Positions 1 to 9,735 of a stretch of DNA of 64,000 bases are shown here, piece by piece. The notes beneath the pieces are model-generated. The model was not told the origin of the DNA, did not search any database, and saw only the letters and a program-made list of their open reading frames with translations. The position numbers and the translations under genes were made by a program. Origin of the DNA: Terrimicrobiaceae bacterium (GTDB taxonomy: Bacteria; Verrucomicrobiota; Verrucomicrobiia; Chthoniobacterales; Terrimicrobiaceae); assembly GCA_021463905.1 (NCBI GenBank), contig JAJTZA010000061.1, positions 225 to 64,224 of the forward strand. The letters are read 5' to 3'. Each line of letters starts with the position of its first letter. The stretch's first letter is position 1.

Positions 1-346
1 TGCCCAGCGGGGCGCTCTGGCCGCGCTAACCGGCGACCAACAGTGCGTCGAGGACATGCGCGAGGAATTCGATATTCGCCGCCAGTATATGTTCGATCGC
101 GCCACAGCCATTCCCGGGCTGCGCGCGGTGAAGCCGCAAGGTGCTTTCTACCTGCTCGTGGACATCAGCCACTTCGGACTCAATTCGCAAAACTTTGCCG
201 ACCGACTGCTCGGCAAGGCCAACGTAGCCGTCGTGCCGGGCATTGCCTTTGGCAACGACCAGACCGTCCGCCTGAGCTACGCGGTGAGCCTCGACATCAT
301 CAAAACCGGATTCGACCGCATCGAGGAGTTCTGCAAATCGCTCTGA
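1..346 (+). CDS. Class I/II PLP aminotransferase (aspartate aminotransferase-like), C-terminal fragment; the 5' end lies outside the window
   Basis: The frame is open from nt 2. The tail ...PGLRAVKPQGAFYLLVDIS...VAVVPGIAFG...VRLSYA is a typical AspC-type C-terminal domain. Confidence 0.8.
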   Translation, partial: AQRGALAALTGDQQCVEDMREEFDIRRQYMFDRATAIPGLRAVKPQGAFYLLVDISHFGLNSQNFADRLLGKANVAVVPGIAFGNDQTVRLSYAVSLDIIKTGFDRIEEFCKSL

Positions 347-438
347 GGGCCACAGGCCGCTTGTAAGTAAAAAATAGGGGGCAGGTCGGGAAAATTTCTT
401 CTCGCTACCGAGCGGAAGAGGGAGTACGGAAACTGGGC

Positions 439-930
439 ATGAGCGATGAATTGACCTCTCCGCACCTGCCCGCTGTCGGCTTCATTTCGGCGCTGGATTC
501 TGAGCAACGCGGGATTTTAAGTTCCTACGGCAGTTTTCATTTCGCCGAAGCGGGAAAGACGCTGATCCACCAGGATGAATCGCACGGGAAGCTGTTTTTT
601 GTCATCAGTGGATTGCTGCACGCGATTCGTCGGGAGGGAGACCGGGACCTGCTTCTGGGAACCATTCACCAGGGGGATTGGGTGGGCGAGGTGGACCTCT
701 TCGATCCCAGCGCGGCCATTTGCTCGGTCACCGTCATTGAAAAAGCGCAGTATTGGGTGATGACGCGTCCGGACTTCGAGGACTTCGTCAACACGCACAC
801 CGAGGCCGGCATTCAGATTATGGTGGGCGTTTCCTCGACGCTGGCGCGTCGGCTGCGCAACCTCACCCGCAAACTCGTCGAGGAAGCAGAAATGGCCTCG
901 GTGCGGGCCTCGCTCTTCGGAGAACGGTAA
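439..930 (+). CDS. Stand-alone cyclic-nucleotide-binding (Crp-type cNMP) domain protein
   Basis: ATG start, 163 aa. Beta-roll region FFVISGLLHAIRREGDRDLLLGTIHQGDWVGEVDLF. No output domain. Confidence 0.7.
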   Translation: MSDELTSPHLPAVGFISALDSEQRGILSSYGSFHFAEAGKTLIHQDESHGKLFFVISGLLHAIRREGDRDLLLGTIHQGDWVGEVDLFDPSAAICSVTVIEKAQYWVMTRPDFEDFVNTHTEAGIQIMVGVSSTLARRLRNLTRKLVEEAEMASVRASLFGER

Positions 931-973
931 CAGACACGCCCAGAGTTCTCCGGGAACTGCGCGAGCGGAAACT

Positions 974-2005
974 TCAGCGAAGCGGCTCGGGAATGCCCGC
1001 ATGGAGACGCTTGATGTCCTGCGCGGCATCCCGGTGGCAAACCAGGATGGCATCGGGCGTTTCCACCACCACGAGGTTTTCCACGCCGCACAGGGCGATG
1101 TGCCGTCCATTGGAAATCGCGATGTTGTTTTTGGATTCGTGGAGAGCGACCGACCCGCGCAGGGTGTTGCCGGTTTCATCATGGCCCAAATGCCTCGGCA
1201 GTGCGTCCCATGAACCGACATCATCCCAGTCAAAAAGCGCGCGCAGGGCCAGGACGGTTTCCGCCTGTTCGAGGATGGCGTAATCCACGGATATTTTGGG
1301 GAGCTGCGCGAAGTGCTCCTGCCAGGAATTGCCATGGAACTCACGGATGAATTTTGCGAGAGGGGGTGCGAGGCGCTCACATTCGTTCAGGAAGGTGGCG
1401 GCTTTCCAGATAAAGATTCCGGCATTCCATGCGTAGTGGCCGCTGCGCAGGTAGTGAACTGCTGTGGGCAGGTCGGGCTTTTCCACAAAGCGCAGGACGG
1501 GTATGGCTTCGCCCTGCGGCGGGGGATCGCCGAGGCGCAGGTATCCAAAAGCAGTCGAGGGGGTGGTGGGCGGGATGGCAAAGGTGACAAGAGCCGGCTG
1601 CGCGTCGGCTGTCGCAAAAGCCTCACGCAACTGGCTGCGGAATGCTCCGGTGTTGTGGATCATCGCGTCTGCGGGGAGGAGTGCGCACAGCGCGTCGGGG
1701 TCGCCCGGCAACGCAGTCGCCAGCGCACAGGCGGGACCGGTGTCGCGCTTTGCCGGTTCCGCGATGATGTTTTTCTCCGGCAAAAAAGGCAGTGTGGCGC
1801 GGGCTGCTTCCTGCTGTGCCGCATTGGTCAGCACAAACACCCGCTCCCAGGGGATCAATCCCTCGAGACGCCGGACGGTGGTTTCGAGCAGGGTTTGCTC
1901 GCCCAATAATTTCAACAGATGCTTGGGAGTGTGCGAGCGACTCATCGGCCAGAAACGCTCTCCGCTCCCCCCGGCCAGAATAAAAACGTGGCAACGATCC
2001 TCCAT
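974..2005 (-). CDS. manC: Mannose-1-phosphate guanylyltransferase (nucleotidyl transferase family)
   Basis: Homology starts at MEDRCHVFILAGGSGERFWPMSR (ATG at 2005). The 53-codon upstream extension in the ORF track overlaps the neighbouring gene and looks spurious. Confidence 0.8.
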   Translation of the reverse strand: MEDRCHVFILAGGSGERFWPMSRSHTPKHLLKLLGEQTLLETTVRRLEGLIPWERVFVLTNAAQQEAARATLPFLPEKNIIAEPAKRDTGPACALATALPGDPDALCALLPADAMIHNTGAFRSQLREAFATADAQPALVTFAIPPTTPSTAFGYLRLGDPPPQGEAIPVLRFVEKPDLPTAVHYLRSGHYAWNAGIFIWKAATFLNECERLAPPLAKFIREFHGNSWQEHFAQLPKISVDYAILEQAETVLALRALFDWDDVGSWDALPRHLGHDETGNTLRGSVALHESKNNIAISNGRHIALCGVENLVVVETPDAILVCHRDAAQDIKRLHAGIPEPLR

Positions 2006-2009
2006 GTTG

Positions 2010-2735
2010 CTAGTCAACGAGAGTGACCCGCCCGGTCTCCAGGTCATACATCGCACTGACCATTTTAATTTGCCCTGATTTTCCCAGTCCGGCCAGGATG
2101 GGGCTGCTGCGGCGGATGTTTTGTAAAACCCGTCGGGAGTTTTCCTCCGCGACTTTATTGACAAACCGGAGATTCGAGGCGGAGGGAGGGAGGCCCGGTG
2201 AATTCCTCTGCACCGCTTTCACGGACGGACGAATTTTTTTGAGAATGCCGGTGAGATGGCCCATGCGCACAGGGTTGCAGGCGCCCTTGACCGCGCCGCA
2301 GGACGTGTGGCCGAGCACCATGACCAGCTTGGCACCCGCCAGTTGGGTCGCAAATTCCATGGAACCCAACTGATCCCGATCTTCCACATTACCGGCCACG
2401 CGTCCCACAAAGACGTCGCCCAGGCCTTGGTCAAAGATGCTCTCGGGGACGACGCGCGAGTCCATGCAGGAAAGAATCACCGCCAGCGGAAATTGCCCCT
2501 TCGCGGAAACCTCGCGCCGCGAGGGGAGGTTTTTCGCTGTGGTTTGGTTGGCCACAAATCGCGCATTTCCCTGCATCAGCCCGGCCAGAACCGACTCGGG
2601 CGATGAGGCCGCCTGCCGGGACTTTGATACTTGTGCGCGAACCGGGAAAATACCCAGCCCCAACACGAGCACCGCCAGAATGCAGATTTTGTTCCCGGTG
2701 TTCACATCCTTCCGGAATGTTAAAAAACCAGCCAT
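2010..2735 (-). CDS. Beta-class carbonic anhydrase, secreted/periplasmic
   Basis: Signal-peptide-like N-terminus (ICILAVLVLGLGIFPVRAQ). Zinc-ligand motifs CMDSR and HTSCGAV. Confidence 0.85.
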   Translation of the reverse strand: MAGFLTFRKDVNTGNKICILAVLVLGLGIFPVRAQVSKSRQAASSPESVLAGLMQGNARFVANQTTAKNLPSRREVSAKGQFPLAVILSCMDSRVVPESIFDQGLGDVFVGRVAGNVEDRDQLGSMEFATQLAGAKLVMVLGHTSCGAVKGACNPVRMGHLTGILKKIRPSVKAVQRNSPGLPPSASNLRFVNKVAEENSRRVLQNIRRSSPILAGLGKSGQIKMVSAMYDLETGRVTLVD

Positions 2736-2823
2736 CGCGGGATCATTCTATGACAAAGCGCAAGGCCAATGCCATCGGATTTTTCTTGAGTCCTGTCCTC
2801 CGGGCTTTCACGGTTTCGCCGGT

Positions 2824-4119
2824 ATGCACAAATTCAGTTATCGGGGCGGACGTCTCTTTTGTGAGGGGGTGGATTTGGGTCGGCTGGCGGAGGAAACAGG
2901 CACTCCCGCCTACGTGTATTCGGCGGGCACCCTCCTCGAAAATTACCGCCGCCTGGAGGCGGCTTTCTCGTCTCTCGACCATCGCGTATGCTACGCCATC
3001 AAAGCCAACTCGAATTTGGCGGTGCTCGATCTGCTGGCCCGCGCCGGCTCGGGTTTTGATATTGTCAGCGGCGGAGAACTCTTCCGCGTTCTGGCGGCGG
3101 GTGGCAGCCCCGCGCGGACAACTTTCGCAGGCGTGGGCAAGTCGGTCGCGGAGATCGAGACCGCTCTACGCGCGGGCATCTACTCGCTGAACGTGGAGAG
3201 TGAGACGGAGCTGGAGCGGATCGAGGCTGTGGCCGCACGCCTTGGCCTTGAAGCGCCGGTGGCCATTCGCGTGAACCCGGATGTGGATGCCGGAACCCAC
3301 GCTTTCATTTCCACGGGGCGCAGCCTGAACAAGTTTGGCATCGGTCTGGACCGTGCCGGGGAGGTGTACCGCCGGGCTGCGAATTGCCGACACCTGAAAC
3401 TGCGCGGCATTCAAACACATATCGGCTCGCAAATTCTGGAAACCAGGCCCTTCGTCGAGGCCATTGAAAAGCTGCTCCCTCTCGTCCGAGCACTCAAGCG
3501 CGAATACCAAATCGAGTTTTTCAGCATCGGAGGCGGGATGGGGATTGTCTATGAGCAGGCCCTGGCCAGCGGTCATGCGGATTGGTGGACGCAGCCAGCC
3601 ACAACGCCCCGCCTGGATCCGGAAACTTATGCCGCCGCTCTCCTCCCCCTGCTCGAACCCCTCGGCTTGAAAATCCTTCTTGAACCGGGACGCAGCCTCG
3701 TGGGAAACGCCGGCGCACTCCTCGCCACCGTCGAATACGTCAAGCAGGCTCCCGGCAAGACATTCGTCATCGTGGACACCGCCATGAATGACCTGATCCG
3801 CCCCGCGCTCTATGACGGATGGCATGAAATTGTTCCACTCCAGGAACCCGCTTCGGACGCCCGCCTCGCTGTGGATGTCGTCGGACCCGTCTGCGAAAGC
3901 GGCGATTTTATTGCCAAAGACCGCAAGCTTCCGCCGCTGAAAGCCGGGGATCGTCTCGCCATCTTGAGCACAGGCGCATACGGTTCGAGCATGGCCTCGA
4001 ATTACAACTCGCGCCCGCTCGCCCCGGAAATCCTTGTGCATGGCGACACCCATCGGGTTGTGCGTCAGCGGCAAACCCTTCACGACCTCATCGCCAGCGA
4101 ATCCGAACCCGCACGCTGA
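2824..4119 (+). CDS. lysA: Diaminopimelate decarboxylase
   Basis: Homology begins at MHKFSYRGGRLFCEGV (ATG 2824). The 129 upstream codons of the track ORF overlap the carbonic anhydrase gene. Motifs YAIKANSN, GGGMG, CESGD. Confidence 0.9.
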   Translation: MHKFSYRGGRLFCEGVDLGRLAEETGTPAYVYSAGTLLENYRRLEAAFSSLDHRVCYAIKANSNLAVLDLLARAGSGFDIVSGGELFRVLAAGGSPARTTFAGVGKSVAEIETALRAGIYSLNVESETELERIEAVAARLGLEAPVAIRVNPDVDAGTHAFISTGRSLNKFGIGLDRAGEVYRRAANCRHLKLRGIQTHIGSQILETRPFVEAIEKLLPLVRALKREYQIEFFSIGGGMGIVYEQALASGHADWWTQPATTPRLDPETYAAALLPLLEPLGLKILLEPGRSLVGNAGALLATVEYVKQAPGKTFVIVDTAMNDLIRPALYDGWHEIVPLQEPASDARLAVDVVGPVCESGDFIAKDRKLPPLKAGDRLAILSTGAYGSSMASNYNSRPLAPEILVHGDTHRVVRQRQTLHDLIASESEPAR

Positions 4120-4155
4120 CGCCTAATCCGCCGTCCGCGAAAAAGGGTTTACAAG

Positions 4156-5544
4156 GTGGCCAAAGATGCGAACATCCAACGCCACGTCGAAATGGCCAGT
4201 CCAGCAAGAGATTTATTTCAAAAATGCCGGGAATACCGGGACAGCGCGGATGCGCGTACGCAGGGGTTCTATCCATATTTTCGCCGCATAGACGAGACGG
4301 TCGGGAATCATGTGATCTGCGATGGCGAGATGAAGATCATGATTGGCTCGAACAACTACCTCGGGCTGGCTCAGGATCCCCGGGTGGTTGAGGCTGCCTG
4401 CAAGGCCACGCAAAAATTCGGGGCGGGGTGTACCGGCTCGCGCCTCCTCAATGGAACGATCCGCCTGCACGTCGAGCTGGAGGAGGCCCTGGCCGACTTT
4501 CTCCAACGCGAGGCGGTACTTCTGTATTCCACGGGATTTTTTGCGAATCAGGGGGCGCTGATCGCGCTCACCGAGGACGGCGACGCGATTCTGTGTGACC
4601 GAGAAAACCACGCGAGCATCATTGACGGTTGCCAGTTTGCCCCTGCGAAGCTGGTGCCCTATCGCCACAATTCTGCCGTCTCACTCCGGAACCGTCTCAA
4701 GCGGCTGCCCCCTGAAGCCGGCAAGCTGGTCGTCATGGATGGGGTCTTCAGCATGTCGGGCGACGTGGCCGATCTGCCGCCCCAGCTCGAGGCCGCCAGG
4801 GAGTTTGGTGCCCGGGTCTATGTGGATGAGGCCCATTCGCTGGGCGTGCTCGGATCCGAAGGACGGGGCGTCGTGCATCACTTTGGACTCAATAATGATG
4901 TGGACATCGTCATGGGAACCTTCTCGAAATCCCTCGGCTCGATGGGAGGGTTCATTGCAGGTGAGGAAGCCATGATTGAATACCTCAAGCACCGCTCGCG
5001 TTGCCTGATTTTTACAGCCTCTCTGGCCCCCGCCGTGGCTGGTGGCGTCCTCAAGGCGCTTGAACTCATGCGGCAGGAGCCGGAACGGATGGAAGCCCTC
5101 TGGAAAAATACCCGCAAAATGCACGAGGGATTCAAAAGCATCGGCTTCAAAATTGGAACCACCCAAACGCCGATTGTCCCGATCCTCATCGGCAGCGAAG
5201 CCAAGGCCTTTCAATTCACCCAGCGTCTCTACGAAGAGGGCATTTTCGCCACACCCGCCATCTATCCCGCCGTGCGCTACGGCGAAGCCATCGTCCGCAC
5301 CAGCTACATGGCCACCCACACCGAACAGGACCTCGACCGCGTCCTCGAAATTTTCCAAAAGCTGGCCATCGAATTGGGTGCGTTTGACGACCCCGCCTAC
5401 ACCGATCCCACCCGCCGCAAGGGAGTCTTTGACTTCAGGCTCGATACCAAAGAGGACTTTTCCGACAACGGCGAAAAACCTTTCCAGGCCGCAAGAAACA
5501 CCACCCCGCCACAACCCCAACCTCAGACAGCTGCCACCCCTTGA
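4156..5544 (+). CDS. PLP-dependent alpha-oxoamine synthase, serine-palmitoyltransferase-like, with a Pro/Gln-rich C-terminal tail
   Basis: GTG start at 4156 (alternative ATG at 4192). Motifs FYPYFR, SNNYLGL, RHNS..RL.RLP, VDEAHS, GTFSKS (PLP Lys), IFTASLAP. Confidence 0.65.
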   Translation: MAKDANIQRHVEMASPARDLFQKCREYRDSADARTQGFYPYFRRIDETVGNHVICDGEMKIMIGSNNYLGLAQDPRVVEAACKATQKFGAGCTGSRLLNGTIRLHVELEEALADFLQREAVLLYSTGFFANQGALIALTEDGDAILCDRENHASIIDGCQFAPAKLVPYRHNSAVSLRNRLKRLPPEAGKLVVMDGVFSMSGDVADLPPQLEAAREFGARVYVDEAHSLGVLGSEGRGVVHHFGLNNDVDIVMGTFSKSLGSMGGFIAGEEAMIEYLKHRSRCLIFTASLAPAVAGGVLKALELMRQEPERMEALWKNTRKMHEGFKSIGFKIGTTQTPIVPILIGSEAKAFQFTQRLYEEGIFATPAIYPAVRYGEAIVRTSYMATHTEQDLDRVLEIFQKLAIELGAFDDPAYTDPTRRKGVFDFRLDTKEDFSDNGEKPFQAARNTTPPQPQPQTAATP

Positions 5545-5731
5545 CGGACAGAAAAGGGAACGCTCCGTCGGCAAAACTCCGAAACGCCCCAAAACCAACT
5601 TTCCCCGATGCAATGGGTTGTTTGCCATAAATGAAGAAAGCGGCTAAGATAAGGACATTGTTCATGAGACGCATATTTCAGTTCCCAAGGGGTGCGGGGC
5701 GCTTTTCTGGTGGGGGGGTGCATTTTTAGCA

Positions 5732-7933
5732 ATGAAGGCGGCGTTCCCACGGACCTATGAGAGCCAATACCAGCGGGAGTTGGGCCACTTGGTGCGCCGG
5801 GAAATCCAGATTGATCCGGTATCGGATGGGCTGACTCCGCAGGCCATTTTGCGCGTGGCCCGGCATGCAGGGAAGGGTGGCATTGTGAATTTGGTTCCGG
5901 GGGCCTTCTCGGGCATGGCTTTGGATCGCTCGATCGAATTGGTCAGTCGCGAGTCGGGGGCCACATCGTTTCATGGGACGATCACCATTCGCGCGCATTC
6001 CGGCTCGGTTTCGCTGAAGGGTTTGCGATTTCAACCCACGGAAGCTGCTCCTGCGCTGGTCATTCACTCCGGGTCGGTATTCTGTGAGGATTGTGAATTT
6101 TTTGGATTGGTGGAAGTGCGCGGCACGGGGCGGCTCCACATCAAAAATTGTCTTTTGCGAGTGGACGACACCGCGATTTCGCTCCACCAGCAGGCGTTTG
6201 CGGAGATCATTGGTTCGCGGATTTCCGGGAGTCCTGCCGGGGTGGCCCTGTTTGATGAAGCCTCGTGCGCGATGTTTTCCTGCCGGATGGAGCATTGTCA
6301 GGAGTCGCGCACCGGCGAGGCCGGAGCGGCCATTTTTTGCGATTCCTCCGCTCCGCATGCGCTGCTGGCCGAAGGGACGGAATTTTTTGAGAATCAGATT
6401 GGTCTCTACGTGAAATCCGCGCGTTCCGTCCAGGTTTTGGGGTGTCATTTTCGGAATCATGCGGTCTCGGCATTCATCACCGAAGGTGCGGTGGCGGAGG
6501 CCATGCTCGAGGTGGAATGCTCGCGCATCGAGGGAGGGGCGGGCGCGGAATTTCCTGCGGTCTCGCTGGGCGGTGGTCAGGCGCGCTTCTCGCATGTGAA
6601 CATTTCTGCGACGGACGGTGCGGCGTTGAGCGCGAATGGGACGGCGGTTGAGATCGAGTCCTCCCGGGTCTCCTCCTCCAACGTGGCGGCAGCGGAAGTA
6701 TCCGGCGGGACACTGCTTTCAAGAAACTCGCTCTTTTTGGGTCAGGGAGTTCCGGGGCTGCGGCTCTCGCGCGTGACAGGAACGGTCACGGGAGGGACGG
6801 TCGCGGGAGAGCCACCGGTGGCAACCGGTGAGCCTCACAGCGTCCTGCTCAAAGACGTATCAGACCATGAATCCCACCTTCCCACCAAGACCTCCAAACC
6901 TCCGAAAGATCACGAGGGAACACAGGCGATGGATCTGCTCATGGAACCGTTGGAAGATTTAATTGGGCAGGCCGAAGTCAAGGAGGAGCTGAGCCGGCTC
7001 CTCCGGCTGGCCTTCGCGGCGCGCGAACGGCGACGCCAGGGACTCTCGGATGACACGTACAGCTACTCCGGCATCCTGGTCGGACCGCCGCATTCCGGCC
7101 AGCTCCAGGCACTCCAAATTTTCGCGGCGGGCCTGCACCATCTGGATGTGTTGCAGTCCTCCGAAGTTCGTGTTCTTACGGTGGCCGACATGTTGGTTAC
7201 CGCGCCGGAATCGCTGGGATCGGGACTCCTGCTGGTAACGCAGGATGATCAGCACGAATCTCGATGGCTCTCGGAGGGAGTGGCCGACGCCCTCCTCCAA
7301 CTGAACCACGCCCTCGCCGCTCGAGGACACCTCTTCCTCGAGGGGGATCGCGAGGAGCTGCAAACCCTCCTGCGGTCCCGCACCGATCTTGCCCGTGAAT
7401 TCACCACCGAACTGCGCTTCACCCACTTCAACCCCATTGACCTCTCCACGCTTTTTGCCTCCCATTGTGAACAGGCGCAAATCCCGCTTTCCCATGACGC
7501 GAAAAAGAAAATTCCGGTCATGTTTCACAGCCTGCACGACCGCCTGCAGCGGCGGCTTTTGAATGTGGACGGAGTGGCCCATCTCTTCATTACGGCACGA
7601 CACAATTTTCTCGACCGCTGTGCGCGTTCGGGACGGTTTGACGCGGAAATGGAGGCCGAGGATATTATGGCACCGATGGATCGAGCCACATCAGCGATAC
7701 TCGAACGCTCGGCGGAGCTGGTGGGCATTTGTCCGTCCTGCCAAGCCCGCAACCCCTGGCTGGCGGGGCTGGCACCCGATTTTATCTGTTCCCACTGTGG
7801 AGCCGACTATACGACGCCGTGGGGATTTTTGCGGCACTCCAGCTACCTGCGCCATAAGGATTCTCCACAGAATTCATTCCGTACAGGTGCGATTGCCCTG
7901 CGGCGCACTCTGGCGACGATGCTGAGACGGTGA
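5732..7933 (+). CDS. Cytoplasmic right-handed beta-helix repeat protein fused to a degenerate CbbX/SpoVK-like AAA+ module and a C-terminal zinc ribbon
   Basis: 733 aa, no signal peptide. The N-terminal ~380 aa are repetitive G/S/A/V-rich beta-helix-like turns. LIGQAEVKEEL...GILVGPPHSGQLQ sits where GPPGTGKT would be. CPSC...CSHC lies near the C-terminus. Confidence 0.5.
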   Translation: MKAAFPRTYESQYQRELGHLVRREIQIDPVSDGLTPQAILRVARHAGKGGIVNLVPGAFSGMALDRSIELVSRESGATSFHGTITIRAHSGSVSLKGLRFQPTEAAPALVIHSGSVFCEDCEFFGLVEVRGTGRLHIKNCLLRVDDTAISLHQQAFAEIIGSRISGSPAGVALFDEASCAMFSCRMEHCQESRTGEAGAAIFCDSSAPHALLAEGTEFFENQIGLYVKSARSVQVLGCHFRNHAVSAFITEGAVAEAMLEVECSRIEGGAGAEFPAVSLGGGQARFSHVNISATDGAALSANGTAVEIESSRVSSSNVAAAEVSGGTLLSRNSLFLGQGVPGLRLSRVTGTVTGGTVAGEPPVATGEPHSVLLKDVSDHESHLPTKTSKPPKDHEGTQAMDLLMEPLEDLIGQAEVKEELSRLLRLAFAARERRRQGLSDDTYSYSGILVGPPHSGQLQALQIFAAGLHHLDVLQSSEVRVLTVADMLVTAPESLGSGLLLVTQDDQHESRWLSEGVADALLQLNHALAARGHLFLEGDREELQTLLRSRTDLAREFTTELRFTHFNPIDLSTLFASHCEQAQIPLSHDAKKKIPVMFHSLHDRLQRRLLNVDGVAHLFITARHNFLDRCARSGRFDAEMEAEDIMAPMDRATSAILERSAELVGICPSCQARNPWLAGLAPDFICSHCGADYTTPWGFLRHSSYLRHKDSPQNSFRTGAIALRRTLATMLRR

Positions 7934-8922
7934 ATCCGCGACGGGGCACCGCCCTTTTCCTTGCCGCGACCGCCTGTGTGCTGGCGTTTTCTTCACAAGC
8001 CGCCACCTTGCATCCCAAGGCGGCCGCCGGATACTCCGCGCGGCACGGCGAGCGTGCACTCATCATCATGCAGGAAGGGCGCATCCTCCTCGAACGCGGC
8101 GATACCCGGCCCGTTTTTATCAACAGCATCACCAAAAGCCTGACCGCACTCTCGACGCTTGCGTTCTGCGAAGCGCGTGGCCTCCCACTGGATGCGCCCG
8201 CCCACCGGGGCATCACCTGGCGACAACTGCTCGCCCAAACCTCCGGACTGCCGCCGGATTACGCACGACTCTACTCCGGATCGCTCACCAGCAAATCCGC
8301 CCGAGCCCTTGCGCTGAAACCCCTCTCCCCGCCCGGAACGCGCTTTGCTTACGGTCCCTCCCATTACGAGCTGGTGGCCGCGCTGATTGGTCAGCGCGTC
8401 AGCCCGGACGGTGCGCGAAGGGTGGCTGCAAAGTACGTGCTCGATGCGCTAGGCATGGACACCTCGCGCTGGCGGAGAGACCGTCAGGGAGAGGTTTTTT
8501 ACTCGGCAGGGCTCCTGGCGAGCCCGCGTCAGTTGTTGCGCGCGGGCCGAATGGTCGAGCGGGGTGGCTGGTCGGGCTGGTGGCCGGTGATTTCCCGCAG
8601 GAGCCTCGCGGAGGCACTGCGCGGATCGTCTGCCAATCCTGCCTACGGTCTCGGCTTCTGGCTTAATCGGGCAGCCACCCATCCTCAGACGCGCGAAGCC
8701 GACATCGAGGAACTGCTTTCTGAAAGCCCAACCTCGTGGCAAAACATCTGTTTGGCGCGGTCTGCACCCCCGGATTTGGTTGTCATGGCCGGTTCGGGTG
8801 GTCATCGGGTGTATGTGAGCAAATCCGCCCGCATGGTGGTTGTGCGGCTGGGTCAGGGTCGGCGCAAGGGGTTCCGGGATCCCGGGTTTCTAGCCGCTCT
8901 TTTTGGAGGGCAGGGAGCGTGA
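7930..8922 (+). CDS. Secreted serine hydrolase, beta-lactamase/PBP4*-related family
   Basis: GTG start overlaps the upstream stop (GTGA). Signal peptide ALFLAATACVLAFSSQAA. SxxK motif SITKS. Confidence 0.7.
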   Translation: MNPRRGTALFLAATACVLAFSSQAATLHPKAAAGYSARHGERALIIMQEGRILLERGDTRPVFINSITKSLTALSTLAFCEARGLPLDAPAHRGITWRQLLAQTSGLPPDYARLYSGSLTSKSARALALKPLSPPGTRFAYGPSHYELVAALIGQRVSPDGARRVAAKYVLDALGMDTSRWRRDRQGEVFYSAGLLASPRQLLRAGRMVERGGWSGWWPVISRRSLAEALRGSSANPAYGLGFWLNRAATHPQTREADIEELLSESPTSWQNICLARSAPPDLVVMAGSGGHRVYVSKSARMVVVRLGQGRRKGFRDPGFLAALFGGQGA

Positions 8923-8929
8923 ATGTCTG

Positions 8930-9703
8930 CTACTGCCCTGCGCACTGCTGCTGGAGGTAGCGGTAGTAATCCTTCTTGGTGAGGAGGGAGGCCGCGCCTT
9001 CATCAAGAAAAACTCTCACCGCCGGATGGAGCTGCAAGGCGGACGCGGGCACCATGGCGGCCAGCGGGCCCTCGATCATCGAAGCAACCGCTGCGGCTTT
9101 CGCTGCACCAAAAGCCAGCAGGATGATTTCGCGCGCTTCGAGAATGGTGGCAATGCCCATCGTGATGGCGTGGCGTGGCACTTCCTCCAGGGACGCGAAA
9201 TAACGCGCATTGTCGGTACGCGTGTTTTCCGTCAAGGTCTGAAAACGCGTGCGGGAACCCAGCGAGGACGTCGGCTCGTTGAACCCGATGTGTCCGTCAC
9301 TGCCCAGACCAAGAATCTGTAAATCCACCCCCCCCGCCGAATGGATTTTCGCCTCGTAGTCAGCGCAGTGCGCGGGGATGTCCTCCGCCAGCCCATCCGG
9401 AATGTTCGTGCGCTCCGCCGGAAGATTTACTCCTTCAAAGAAGTTTTCGCGCATGTAGTGGTGGTAGGACATGGGGTGTGAGGGGGCGAGTCCGGCATAC
9501 TCGTCGAGGTTGAAAGTGGTACAGCCGGAAAAATCCAGTCCCTCCTGGCCATGCTGACGGATGAGTTCCTTGTAAAGAGCCAGCGGCGTACCTCCGGTCG
9601 CCAGCCCCAGGACGGCAGCCGGCTTGCGCCGCACCAGCGCGGCAACCTGTCGGGCGGCCTCCACCGAGGCGGCCTGTTCGTCGGAATAAAGGGAGACTCT
9701 CAT
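8930..9703 (-). CDS. nagB: Glucosamine-6-phosphate deaminase
   Basis: LGLATGGTP, FNLDEY and LGLGSDGHIGFNEP motifs. Confidence 0.9.
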   Translation of the reverse strand: MRVSLYSDEQAASVEAARQVAALVRRKPAAVLGLATGGTPLALYKELIRQHGQEGLDFSGCTTFNLDEYAGLAPSHPMSYHHYMRENFFEGVNLPAERTNIPDGLAEDIPAHCADYEAKIHSAGGVDLQILGLGSDGHIGFNEPTSSLGSRTRFQTLTENTRTDNARYFASLEEVPRHAITMGIATILEAREIILLAFGAAKAAAVASMIEGPLAAMVPASALQLHPAVRVFLDEGAASLLTKKDYYRYLQQQCAGQ

Positions 9704-9735
9704 GCCGGATACTCAAAAAACACACGCGGCACCGG

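Noticed and set aside
5435-5674. A 79-aa minus-strand ORF with a hydrophobic N-terminus (MRLMNNVLILAAFFIYG) starting in the AT-richer spacer after the Spt-like gene.
   Set aside because: More than half of it overlaps the 3' end of the Spt-like gene in antisense. It has no recognisable motif, so there is too little support for a small membrane protein.
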